Made by a program: the position numbers and the translations under genes. Shown piece by piece: positions 9,530 through 18,279 of a stretch of DNA of 64,000 nucleotides. A model generated the notes under the pieces. It saw nothing but the letters and a program-made list of their open reading frames with translations, did no database searches and was not told the origin of the DNA. Within the stretch, counting starts at the first letter, position 1. The number at the start of each line of letters is the position of its first letter. Source of the stretch: a virus; the IMG/VR virus record IMGVR_UViG_3300032267_001204, positions 1-64,000 of that record. One strand, given 5' to 3'.

Positions 9530-9817
9530 ATGACAATGACAATCGAATGTTCGGCTTTCACCGCGACACCGATCGCCGAAGGCCGCATCAAGCTGGAGAT
9601 CCAATCGGCTGCCCCGCCACGCAAAGAAGTCTACACCGCAGGGGAAGCAATCGCTCGCCTAAGCGAGATCTTCGGCAAACCACTTCACCGCAATTCGCTG
9701 GCCTACTGGCGAAAGCAAGGGCTTCCGTGCGTCAAGCTCGGGGAGAAGAAGATCATGTACTCCGAGAACGATCTTGTTCGCTGGGCGCAAGGCCGCATCA
9801 CTTCTGCCATCCCGTGA
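9530..9817 (+). CDS. Excisionase / MerR-type HTH protein
   Basis: YTAGEAIARL...SLAYWRKQGLPCVKLG...MYSENDLVRW winged-helix Xis pattern. Confidence 0.7.
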   Translation: MTMTIECSAFTATPIAEGRIKLEIQSAAPPRKEVYTAGEAIARLSEIFGKPLHRNSLAYWRKQGLPCVKLGEKKIMYSENDLVRWAQGRITSAIP

Positions 9818-10236
9818 ATAGCCGCCAAAAAGGAAAAAGGGTCGAGCGGCTCTGGAGGGATCAACTCCGAGAGGCCGGTTTTCTCAAAGCCTACCGAGGA
9901 CAACAATACTGCGGAGCGGCCGGCGACGCCGACGTGGTTTGCCCCGAATTGCCGGGCTTTCACTTCGAGGTCAAAGGCGTCCAGAACTTGAACGTCTTGG
10001 CCGCGATGAAGCAGGCACTCAACGACTGCGGAAAAAAGATTCCGGTCCTAGCGCATAAGAAAAACGGCGAGCCGTGGCTTGTGACCATGCTCGCCGATGA
10101 CTGGCTGGAACTTGTCCGCCGATCCGACTACCCGGCTACGGAAGTGGAGTCAACAAAGACTCCAACCGCTCAAAGCGATGAAGCCCCGGCGGCTGAACAA
10201 CCGGCTCAACGTCAATGTATCGGTCCAAACGGGTGA
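9814..10236 (+). CDS. Holliday-junction resolvase-like PD-(D/E)XK nuclease
   Basis: GTG start overlapping the previous stop; NSRQKGKRVER...GDADVV...HFEVK. Confidence 0.8.
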   Translation: MNSRQKGKRVERLWRDQLREAGFLKAYRGQQYCGAAGDADVVCPELPGFHFEVKGVQNLNVLAAMKQALNDCGKKIPVLAHKKNGEPWLVTMLADDWLELVRRSDYPATEVESTKTPTAQSDEAPAAEQPAQRQCIGPNG

Positions 10237-10351
10237 CTTGGTACTCCCTTGCCCCGATGCGGGTCAGAAGCGTCGTTCCGTTCTCGTCGTAAAAAGTCAG
10301 CTCATTTGCCAAGGCTGACGACACAAACAGCATACAGATTAAGTATTTCAT
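10136..10351 (-). CDS. Possible small secreted protein (antisense moron)
   Basis: MKYLICMLFVSSALA resembles a signal peptide; overlaps the low-complexity tail of the resolvase. Confidence 0.4.
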   Translation of the reverse strand: MKYLICMLFVSSALANELTFYDENGTTLLTRIGAREYQVTRLDRYIDVEPVVQPPGLHRFERLESLLTPLP

Positions 10352-10389
10352 ACAAGATAGTAGACTTAAACGATACTGCCGCGTTCAAA

Positions 10390-11055
10390 ATGACTCCTTC
10401 CGAAATCCGTAATCTCTACGACCAACAATACGCGGATTCGTACGATCAGACCTTCAGAGAAGGACCCATCGCAGCGTCGATGACCAAAAGCGAAAAGAAG
10501 ATTCTCAAACTTTTACTCGGCAAAGGCGGCCCGTGGCTTGACGTCGGATGCGGCACCGGCTTCTCCCTCGCTCAATTTCCGCACATCGAGCGGACTGGGC
10601 TGGACTTGTCTCCGGCGATGTTAAAGAAGGCCCGCGCCGCGAACCAAACCGCCAACTTTATCGAAGGTAACTTTCTCGACCCCCGTCCAGAATGGAACGG
10701 ACGTTTCCGCTTGGTGACCTGCATGTGGTACGCCTACGCGTTGCTGGACTCCGTCCGTGAGATCGAGTGCGCCATCGACAACATGGCTGACTGGACAGCC
10801 GGCACAGGCTTTCTCTTTGTTCCCGTGTGCGACCCGTGTGCGTTCGGAACGTTTCCAGAGCGGCAATCGTGGTGGGGCGGGGGCGCCGAAGTTCAGATTA
10901 CTGCGGTTGTTTGGAACTACGCGGACTCTCACCAGCATCTTAATCTGGTAAGTCCGACTTTGGAGGTAATGCGCGAAATGCTTCGTAAGAGGTTCCACAC
11001 AGTCACAGACATTCCTTACGAGATAACCGCGCTTCTCGCCGCCGACAAAAAATGA
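10390..11055 (+). CDS. Class I SAM-dependent methyltransferase (non-DNA type)
   Basis: WLDVGCGTG, TGLDLSPAML, FIEGNF motifs. Confidence 0.85.
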   Translation: MTPSEIRNLYDQQYADSYDQTFREGPIAASMTKSEKKILKLLLGKGGPWLDVGCGTGFSLAQFPHIERTGLDLSPAMLKKARAANQTANFIEGNFLDPRPEWNGRFRLVTCMWYAYALLDSVREIECAIDNMADWTAGTGFLFVPVCDPCAFGTFPERQSWWGGGAEVQITAVVWNYADSHQHLNLVSPTLEVMREMLRKRFHTVTDIPYEITALLAADKK

Positions 11056-13472
11056 AGCTCTTTCCTTACCAGCAAGACGCCGTCAGTAGACACCTCAAGA
11101 TCCTCGACTCGGTCGGGGCCAGCTTAGACGGAACCGGCTGCGGAGGCGGAAAAACTGTTATCGCCAGCGCGGTGGCCGCCAAGTATGCGCTAAAAACCTG
11201 CGTGGTCTGCCCGAAGAGCGTCATCGCCAAGTGGGAAGCCACGCTCGCGGCGTTCGGGGTCAACCCCCTCTTTGTTCTCAACCCCGAAAAGTTACGGAAC
11301 GGGAACACGCCCTGGGTGAAGAAACTACCCAAAGGAAGGAAGGGATCGACGTTCGAGTGGCAGCTTCCCGAGCGGTGTCTTTTGATTTTCGACGAGGCGC
11401 ACGTCTGCGGCTCGGCGACGTCCCAGAACGGAAAACTCCTTGAGTCCGCCGCTGACCATTGCGTTCTCATGCTCTCAGCGACCGCTGCCGAGTCCCCTCT
11501 CCGCATGAAAGCCATCGGAGTCCAACTCCGGCTCTTTTCCTCCGGCTACTACTGGAAATGGGTGCGCGAACAAGGTGCGGTCGAGTCTCGTTGGGGCGGA
11601 CTGGAGTGGGATCCTAAGCGCGCTGAAAACAAAGAAAAAATGGAACGCCTTCACCATTCGATATTCGCGAATAGAGGATACCGCGTCCCAGAGGCAGTCC
11701 TACGCGAGCAGCTCCCAGAGCTGATGATTACCGACGAACAACTATGGCTTTCCACAACCGACAAAAATGAAGTCAAAAAACTCTACGACGAAATGGCCGA
11801 CCCCGAAGATCCAGGAGCGGTCAAAAACCTCCGACAGCGTCAAGCAATCGAGAAGATCAAAGTCCCCTACCTCGTGGAGAGGGCAAAAGAAATCGTGGAA
11901 GCCGGAGGATCAGCCGTCATTTTCTTCAATTTCCACGAATCCATCGACGCCGCCCGCGTCCATTTCGACCAAGGCTGCGTCATCGACGGTCGCGAAAGTG
12001 CGGAACAGCGGCTCGAAACGCGCCGCCGGTTTCAAGAAAACGAACTGCGGACGATCCTCGTCCAGATCGCGGCCGGCGGACAAAGCATCGACCTGCACGA
12101 CACAAGTGGTTCGTTCCCTCGCGTGGCTTTGCTGTGCCCCCAATTCAGCGGAGTTGTGGAAGAGCAGGCTATCGGACGGATCGCCCGAGTGGGGACCCGG
12201 TCGAGGGCTCTCGTTATCCGACTGTTTGCCCCCGGAAGCGTAGAGGCCGCCGCCGCCAAACTCAGTGCCGAAAAACGCGAGAATTTGGAAATTTTGAATG
12301 AGGGCAAGAAAAGTTTGAACGAATCCACCAGCCCCGCAGTCTCTCTTTCCATGTCTGGGTTATCAACCTCACAACCGCCGGCCGAAGCGCCCGAAATTCT
12401 TCCCGCTCACAGCGAGCATTCACCCTCAAGCCTAAAACTCAAAGCTATATGCCCAGGATTCCGAAACGACCAAACCAGAGACAAATCAGCAGCCGACCGA
12501 GGGACCCTCGGCCACAAAGCAGTGGAGCTGGAAAACCTCGACGTGATTCCACCGGACGATTCGCGTCTGCGCGAAGCAGCGGAAATGTGCCTGAAGTATC
12601 TCTCCCTGCTGCGGAAAAAGGTCGGCCTAAGCGCAAAGGAAATTCGCGAAGAAAGGTACTCGATGCTGGATCAGTTTGGTCATATCGACCATCTGTTCCT
12701 GAACGGGCCGCAAGCCCACTTGATCGACTACAAGTTTGCGTTCAGCGCCTACGAAGCGGACTCACCTCAATTTTGGGCCTATTGTCTCGGCGTTTGGGAT
12801 AAACATCCCGAGGTCGAGGAAATTACCGCCCACGTAGTTTTACCATTTCAAGGGGTTATCGACGTCGAGTCTTGGTCGCGGAAGTCCGACTATGAGCGGC
12901 TCTCGGCGCAAACCGCCGCGATCATCGAAGCAGCTCGCCGCGATAACCCCGAGACTTACCAGACCGGCAGCCATTGCGCGTGGTGCGGGCAACGGGCCAA
13001 ATGCCCAAAGCTCAACAACCTCGCGCTGGCCGTCGCCGCTCAATACCAACCCGAAGCGCTGGAACTTCCGGCCAAGTTCGACCCCGCACTGATCGACGAT
13101 CCAGAGGTAATGGCGGTTGCCAAAAAACTCGGCCCGATCCTCAAAGCGTGGGCCGAAAAAGTCGATAGCCGCGCCTTGGAAATGCGATTGGTCGAGGGCA
13201 TCGAGATTCCTGGGTTTGCGCTCGCCGAGCGGTCTGCGCCTTTCAAAATCGTTGACGCCCAGGCCGCTTGGGAGGTCGTCAAAGACCACATGACGCCCGA
13301 GGCTTTCGCCGGATGCGCCGAGGTCAAAATCGGCGCGTTGGAGAAAGCATTCGTCCGCACCGCCAAACGCGGAACGATCAAATCCGCCAAGGAAACACTG
13401 CGCGCTGCGCTGCTAGACGCCAACGCCGCACAAGCGGACGGCACCTCACACTTTCTTCGGAGGATCGTATGA
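11052..13472 (+). CDS. SF2 (SNF2/DEAH-like) helicase fused to a Cas4-like PD-(D/E)XK exonuclease
   Basis: GCGGGKT, DEAH, SAT, QAIGRIAR; then HSPSSL..C, GTLGH, GHID, IDYK, QxxxY, CAWC..C. Confidence 0.85.
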   Translation: MKLFPYQQDAVSRHLKILDSVGASLDGTGCGGGKTVIASAVAAKYALKTCVVCPKSVIAKWEATLAAFGVNPLFVLNPEKLRNGNTPWVKKLPKGRKGSTFEWQLPERCLLIFDEAHVCGSATSQNGKLLESAADHCVLMLSATAAESPLRMKAIGVQLRLFSSGYYWKWVREQGAVESRWGGLEWDPKRAENKEKMERLHHSIFANRGYRVPEAVLREQLPELMITDEQLWLSTTDKNEVKKLYDEMADPEDPGAVKNLRQRQAIEKIKVPYLVERAKEIVEAGGSAVIFFNFHESIDAARVHFDQGCVIDGRESAEQRLETRRRFQENELRTILVQIAAGGQSIDLHDTSGSFPRVALLCPQFSGVVEEQAIGRIARVGTRSRALVIRLFAPGSVEAAAAKLSAEKRENLEILNEGKKSLNESTSPAVSLSMSGLSTSQPPAEAPEILPAHSEHSPSSLKLKAICPGFRNDQTRDKSAADRGTLGHKAVELENLDVIPPDDSRLREAAEMCLKYLSLLRKKVGLSAKEIREERYSMLDQFGHIDHLFLNGPQAHLIDYKFAFSAYEADSPQFWAYCLGVWDKHPEVEEITAHVVLPFQGVIDVESWSRKSDYERLSAQTAAIIEAARRDNPETYQTGSHCAWCGQRAKCPKLNNLALAVAAQYQPEALELPAKFDPALIDDPEVMAVAKKLGPILKAWAEKVDSRALEMRLVEGIEIPGFALAERSAPFKIVDAQAAWEVVKDHMTPEAFAGCAEVKIGALEKAFVRTAKRGTIKSAKETLRAALLDANAAQADGTSHFLRRIV

Positions 13473-13612
13473 CTCGAACTACCCGCCTCTGCATTGTTGC
13501 GTCGGCTGCCTACATCGCCTTCATCGTCACGTTGGTAATTGTCGTGCCGCGAATGGTCGCCAACAAAACGCCCGAGCCGGACTTGTCGCTCTGCCCCTTC
13601 TGCCACAAATGA
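13469..13612 (+). CDS. Small membrane protein
   Basis: MTRTTRLCIVASAAYIAFIVTLVIVV transmembrane segment, C-terminal CPFC; ATGA overlaps. Confidence 0.5.
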   Translation: MTRTTRLCIVASAAYIAFIVTLVIVVPRMVANKTPEPDLSLCPFCHK

Positions 13613-13848
13613 TCTGCCATGAGTTCCGCATCCCGATCTCGGTTCACACGCCTATGGGCGAAGGCGACGCGCTTCTGTTCGTCGATTACGGGCTGGCGGT
13701 TAACTCGATGTGGGTCGTGCGGCTCCATCATTCCGGCGTCGTCAAACACTTCTTCTCCGAAGACGTCCGCGTTTACGGAAACCCGATGGATGGGCGGGGA
13801 TGGGACGCTGAAATTCCGAAGGATTGGAAAACTTTGAAGGGTTCTTAA
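13609..13848 (+). CDS. Hypothetical phage protein
   Basis: HEFRIPISVHTPMGEGDALLFVDYG...YGNP; coupled to the previous gene. Confidence 0.65.
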   Translation: MICHEFRIPISVHTPMGEGDALLFVDYGLAVNSMWVVRLHHSGVVKHFFSEDVRVYGNPMDGRGWDAEIPKDWKTLKGS

Positions 13849-13902
13849 CCCAACAACCGAGGCAGCGGAACTGCCGAACAACCAAACAAAACTAAACATC
13901 GT

Positions 13903-14661
13903 ATGAGTAAAATATCGTTCGAAGACCTCGACAAGGCCCCGGCCGAGTCGAACACCGAAACCGCAGTCGTCGTGAAACCGGAGCTGGCCGTAGCCGTCCC
14001 GAGCATCGCCGAGCCAGCCAAGGGGTTGCTGGGTGAATGGACCGCGCAAGACACGCGCCTTCCCCGCCTCAACCTCGTCAACAAGAGCGGCGACCTCGCC
14101 AACACGTTCGTCCCGGGGACTTACGTGATAAATAAAGAGCATCAGCTCAGCCAACTCTCGGCAGACAGCCGCGAGCGGAGCAACCCGATCAACGTCATCG
14201 TCGCAACGATGGCGAAACAGTATCAGGAAAACATTCCGTTCGACGCGCGCGAGTCCACTCCGGCTCGCCGCTTCAACAAAGCCTCCGAAGTCATGGCGGC
14301 CGGCGGATCAGTCAGCCGCTTGAGCGGGGGCGGCAAGTTCTCCGAAATCGCGCACATCGAGCTGTTCGTCGAAGAACCGGAGGGGTTGACCGAAGACGCC
14401 CAGGCGCTCTTCTACTACACGTTCGGGGGCAAAAAATACACCCGCGTCATGTGGACTGTCAGCGGCACCGCTTTCGGCGCAGTCGCCGTCACGATCGCCA
14501 GTGCGCTGCGGGGACACTTGGCTTCGACTGGACTGACCGGAGGTCAATGGCTCCTCGGGTCGAACCTGATCAAAGGCCAAAATAGCTGGTGGCAGCCGAG
14601 CATCCGCACCAACGGCCTCGTGGCTCCAGAGGTCACCAAGGAAATCGAGGGCAACCTCTAA
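13903..14661 (+). CDS. Putative single-stranded DNA-binding/annealing protein
   Basis: Position between nuclease and PolA; LPRLNLVNKSG motif; beta-rich. Confidence 0.5.
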   Translation: MSKISFEDLDKAPAESNTETAVVVKPELAVAVPSIAEPAKGLLGEWTAQDTRLPRLNLVNKSGDLANTFVPGTYVINKEHQLSQLSADSRERSNPINVIVATMAKQYQENIPFDARESTPARRFNKASEVMAAGGSVSRLSGGGKFSEIAHIELFVEEPEGLTEDAQALFYYTFGGKKYTRVMWTVSGTAFGAVAVTIASALRGHLASTGLTGGQWLLGSNLIKGQNSWWQPSIRTNGLVAPEVTKEIEGNL

Positions 14662-14668
14662 TCAATCT

Positions 14669-14720
14669 GCTTCCGGCCGGGGAATTGTTTGTGGGGGCAT
14701 GGGCACCCTCGGCCGGAAGC
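14669..14720 (+). other. Intergenic long hairpin (processing or termination)
   Basis: GCTTCCGGCCG...CGGCCGGAAGC, 11-bp perfect stem after the SSB-like gene. Confidence 0.5.
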
Positions 14721-14728
14721 TCCTCTTT

Positions 14729-15313
14729 ATGACCCACCTTTACATTGCGGGACCAATGCGCGGCTACCCGCGCTACAATTTTGACGCGTTTCTCGCCGCC
14801 GACATCGACCTCCGAGATCGCGGGTTTGAACCAATCAACCCGGCGAAACTAGATTTGGACGCGGGCTTCGATCCCGACAAAGATCCCGTCACCGCTGAGT
14901 TCATGGACAACGCCATGCGACGCGACATTGCCGGAGTGATGAAAGCCGAGGGTCTTGTCCTTCTTCCGGGATGGGAGCATTCGACCGGCGCCAGAGCTGA
15001 AAAAGCTCTAGCCGAATGGCGCGGCATCCCAATTCTTCTCTACCCTTCGCTCGCGGAACTCGACAAAGAGTCGATCCTCCTCGAAGCCGAGAGGCTTACG
15101 GACGGCGACCGGCAAAGCCAATACGGGCCGCCGGAGCAGGATTTCGCGAGAACAGCCGCCATGTGGAACGCCCTTTTCGGGTGGGCCGCCACGGCTCGCG
15201 ATGTAGCGATTGCAATGATCTGCCTCAAACTTTCGCGGCAGACCCACATGGCGAAGCGCGACAATTGGACGGACATCGCGGGTTACGCCAAGTGCGGATG
15301 GAGGTGTCCGTGA
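14729..15313 (+). CDS. Nucleoside deoxyribosyltransferase-like (DUF4406-type) domain fused to a DUF6378-type domain
   Basis: YIAGPMRG...INPA...LPGWEHSTGARAE; then SILLEA...DRQSQYG...DNWTDIAGYA. Confidence 0.7.
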   Translation: MTHLYIAGPMRGYPRYNFDAFLAADIDLRDRGFEPINPAKLDLDAGFDPDKDPVTAEFMDNAMRRDIAGVMKAEGLVLLPGWEHSTGARAEKALAEWRGIPILLYPSLAELDKESILLEAERLTDGDRQSQYGPPEQDFARTAAMWNALFGWAATARDVAIAMICLKLSRQTHMAKRDNWTDIAGYAKCGWRCP

Positions 15314-15642
15314 ACGAGCAGCTCGAACTCTTTAACGCGTTTAGACGGGGGCACGAGGCTGCCGAAGCGGCGGCCGACCGCGCTGACCGAGACTCCGACG
15401 GCTGGACAGAACAAGCTGAAGTCCTGTTTGCGCGGTTCGCCAAGGAAGCAGCGAAACCTTTTCTAACAGAAGAGGCCCGCAGATTCGCCGAGTCTTGCGG
15501 CCTTCCTAAACCTCCCGACGGCCGAGCGTGGGGGCACGTCGCCAAGAAATGCCAAAGAACTGGAGTAATCGTCCCTGCCGGTTTCCGCGCCGCCAAGTCA
15601 TCAAACGGTTCGCCCAAAATTCTCTGGGCCGCAAACAACTAA
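15310..15642 (+). CDS. Hypothetical phage protein
   Basis: GTGA-coupled start; PPDGRAWG...SNGSP..LW. Confidence 0.65.
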   Translation: MNEQLELFNAFRRGHEAAEAAADRADRDSDGWTEQAEVLFARFAKEAAKPFLTEEARRFAESCGLPKPPDGRAWGHVAKKCQRTGVIVPAGFRAAKSSNGSPKILWAANN

Positions 15643-15646
15643 CTCT

Positions 15647-15829
15647 ATGAAACACACCGAAGAATTCACCGCATGGAAAGCCCTCGCCGGCCCTTACCGC
15701 GACGACGAGCAATGGATGTTGGATAACGTACTCGCCGATCTCCGGCGCGGCGGCATCAAGTTCCAAGTGCGATACACCACGAGCGGGTTAGAGGTCTGGC
15801 GCGACAAAATCGGGTGGCTCGGCGAATGA
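15647..15829 (+). CDS. Hypothetical protein
   Basis: Tightly packed in the operon. Confidence 0.6.
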   Translation: MKHTEEFTAWKALAGPYRDDEQWMLDNVLADLRRGGIKFQVRYTTSGLEVWRDKIGWLGE

Positions 15830-16095
15830 GGACTTACACCATCGTCATTGAGGAAAACGTTCCGCTGGCGCGCAAGACCAAGGCCGGAAACCTCTACGTG
15901 CATCCGCTGTCGTGGATCATCGAAAAACTACGGGTAAACGATTCGTTCCTTTACCCCGCGTCTACGGGTGAGCGGCCCAACAACCTTCGCTCCATAGCCA
16001 ACGGCTATGCCAAGCGCCTTGGTATCAAAATTGCCACGCGCACAGTGATCGACCGAGACGGGGTCGATCGCATCCGCTTTTACCGCACAGCATGA
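15826..16095 (+). CDS. Hypothetical DNA-binding-like protein
   Basis: ATGA coupling; IEENVPL...VNDSFL...IRFYR. Confidence 0.6.
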   Translation: MRTYTIVIEENVPLARKTKAGNLYVHPLSWIIEKLRVNDSFLYPASTGERPNNLRSIANGYAKRLGIKIATRTVIDRDGVDRIRFYRTA

Positions 16096-16280
16096 GTAAC
16101 TACACGCTAGGCCGATTCAGCGATCCGGACATTGTTCGGCCGGAACAGACTCTCTCCGTCACGCTCGGAGTTCTGTGCGGCATCCAAATCGAGCAAGAAG
16201 ACTTGATCGACGAACTCTGCGACTTCGCGGGCTACCTCCTCACCCTTATCTGCGAACTCGATGGTAGCGATCGACTTTGA
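16092..16280 (+). CDS. Hypothetical acidic protein
   Basis: ATGA coupling; overlaps the polA start. Confidence 0.45.
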   Translation: MSNYTLGRFSDPDIVRPEQTLSVTLGVLCGIQIEQEDLIDELCDFAGYLLTLICELDGSDRL

Positions 16281-18063
16281 GTCTTACTACGACTCCGAGG
16301 TCAGTGTAACGACCCTCGGCGCGTACAACTACGCTCGGAATACGGACATTTACATGGTCGCCATGTACTCCGATTCCGGATGGGCGTACGTCGGTTTGCC
16401 GAAAGATGCGCCTTGGCACGCAGTCACCGGCCAAGAGTGGGTCATGCACAACGCGGCCTTCGACCTGACCCTACTTGGTGCGCTGATCGAGCAAGGCGTA
16501 GTCATCGACGCACAACCTTCAAACGTCTACGACACCGCTGATATGGCCGCGTACCTCGGCTACCCGAGATCCCTGAAAGAAGCGGCAAAGCATCTCCTCG
16601 GACTGGAATTGAGCAAAGGCACCCGGGACAACATGAAGGGCCGCCACTACCATCTACCTCCAGGAGTCATCGTCCCAAAGCGGAAGCGCATGGACAACGA
16701 TTTCAAAAAGGAGATCGCCCGATACGCCTTGAAAGACGCCAAGGCCACTCTCCTGCTCTGGAGATGCCACGGACACAAATGGCCGGCGCACGAACGCGAG
16801 ATCTCCAAAATGACCCGCGAGATGACCATGAAGGGCGTTCCGCTGAGTCTGCCTCGGCTGGAAGCCGCCCGCGTTACCCTTGAAGAGGAAGCCGCCAGAG
16901 CCGCTGCGCTGATCCCGTGGGCAGGCAAGAGCGACGTCGCGCTCCTATCACTCCAAGCGATCCGCGATCAATGCGACCTCGAAGGCATCCGCAAACCGAC
17001 CACGTTCGCCGAAAAGACTACCGAAGGGGCGGAGTGGGAAGCCGAGTTCGCCGACCAATTCCCTTGGGTACGCGCCGTCAGAGATTTCCGCAAAGCCAAT
17101 AAACACATGAAAACCGTGGAGGCGATGCGGAAACGCCTTAAACCAGACTCGGTCTGGATGCCGTACGACATGAAATACTTCGGCGCCCTCACCGGCCGCG
17201 ACAGCGGCTCCGGAGGATGGAACGCCCAAAACCTCCCCAAAGGTCACGTCGCCGGAGTCGATATCCGCAACCTCATCGAGGCGCCCTCTGGGCATACCTT
17301 AATCATCGCCGACTTGGCCCAAATCGAAGCGCGGTGCATCTGCTACCTCGCCGGGGACAAGAAGAGTTTGGAACTCATGGCCGGTGGCGCTGACGTTTAC
17401 GAAGCTCACGCCCGAGCCACGATGGGCTACACCGACCCTCGCTCGCTCAAAGAGGTGGATAACAAGATGAGGCAGCTCGCCAAAGCGCGTGTCCTCGGCC
17501 TCGGCTACGGATGCGGCGCGGAAAAATTCCGCTACGTCGCCAAGATCATGGCAGGACTCGACATATCTTTAGAGGAAGCGCAAGAAATTGTGCAGTCCTA
17601 CCGCAGCACCAACCCGCTCATCATCGGACTGTGGAAGAAACTAGACCGCGCCATGCGGAAAGCCGTGGACGAAAAGACCCAAACTTTCGAGCTGACGCTG
17701 CCTTCCGGACGGACGCTCGCCTACCGCGAAGTCACGTCTTCGGGCGAAGGGCGCGGCGACTATCGCTGCAAGATACCCCGGGGCGGAACGATGGCGCCGA
17801 CCAAGTTGTATGGTGGGCTCCTCGCAGAAAACGCAACCCAGGCGTTTGCACGGGACGTTTTCATGGATCGCTGCGCTGCCCTGCGCGACGCGGGAGCCGA
17901 CATCATCATGCGGGTTCACGACGAAGTTGTCATAATGTGCGAAGAAAGATTGAGCGAATCCTTCAAAGCCGATGTCGAAGCAATACTCTCCACCCCGCCG
18001 GATTGGTGTTCGACCCTTCCGCTTGGAGCCGAAGCCACAATCTCAAAGTTCTACATGAAATGA
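16261..18063 (+). CDS. polA: Family A DNA polymerase with 3'-5' exonuclease
   Basis: ExoI IDFES, ExoII HNAAFD, ExoIII YALKD; motif A DLAQIEAR, motif B RQLAKARVLGLGYG, motif C VHDE. Confidence 0.93.
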   Translation: MVAIDFESYYDSEVSVTTLGAYNYARNTDIYMVAMYSDSGWAYVGLPKDAPWHAVTGQEWVMHNAAFDLTLLGALIEQGVVIDAQPSNVYDTADMAAYLGYPRSLKEAAKHLLGLELSKGTRDNMKGRHYHLPPGVIVPKRKRMDNDFKKEIARYALKDAKATLLLWRCHGHKWPAHEREISKMTREMTMKGVPLSLPRLEAARVTLEEEAARAAALIPWAGKSDVALLSLQAIRDQCDLEGIRKPTTFAEKTTEGAEWEAEFADQFPWVRAVRDFRKANKHMKTVEAMRKRLKPDSVWMPYDMKYFGALTGRDSGSGGWNAQNLPKGHVAGVDIRNLIEAPSGHTLIIADLAQIEARCICYLAGDKKSLELMAGGADVYEAHARATMGYTDPRSLKEVDNKMRQLAKARVLGLGYGCGAEKFRYVAKIMAGLDISLEEAQEIVQSYRSTNPLIIGLWKKLDRAMRKAVDEKTQTFELTLPSGRTLAYREVTSSGEGRGDYRCKIPRGGTMAPTKLYGGLLAENATQAFARDVFMDRCAALRDAGADIIMRVHDEVVIMCEERLSESFKADVEAILSTPPDWCSTLPLGAEATISKFYMK

Positions 18064-18275
18064 CCTATACATTGTTAGAAACCTTTCAAAAAGTCACCGG
18101 ATGGAAAACTCCGGAGCTGTTCGGCCGCGAACACGACGGCTTTGTCACCATCGAGGAAGACCTCCGCACCCACACGCATGAGGCGTTCTTTTGGGACGCC
18201 GACATGGCCCATGAGCGTTTGCAAACAATGTGGATGGACGGCCATTACTTTGTGCGTAGGTTGTTAACCAGATAA
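18060..18275 (+). CDS. Hypothetical protein
   Basis: ATGA coupling with polA (MTYTLLETFQKVTGW...). Confidence 0.6.
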   Translation: MTYTLLETFQKVTGWKTPELFGREHDGFVTIEEDLRTHTHEAFFWDADMAHERLQTMWMDGHYFVRRLLTR

Positions 18276-18279
18276 CCTT

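Noticed and set aside
12400-13472. Cas4 as evidence of a CRISPR-Cas system
   Set aside because: Cas4-like nucleases are common in phage replication modules; no cas1, cas2 or array is present.
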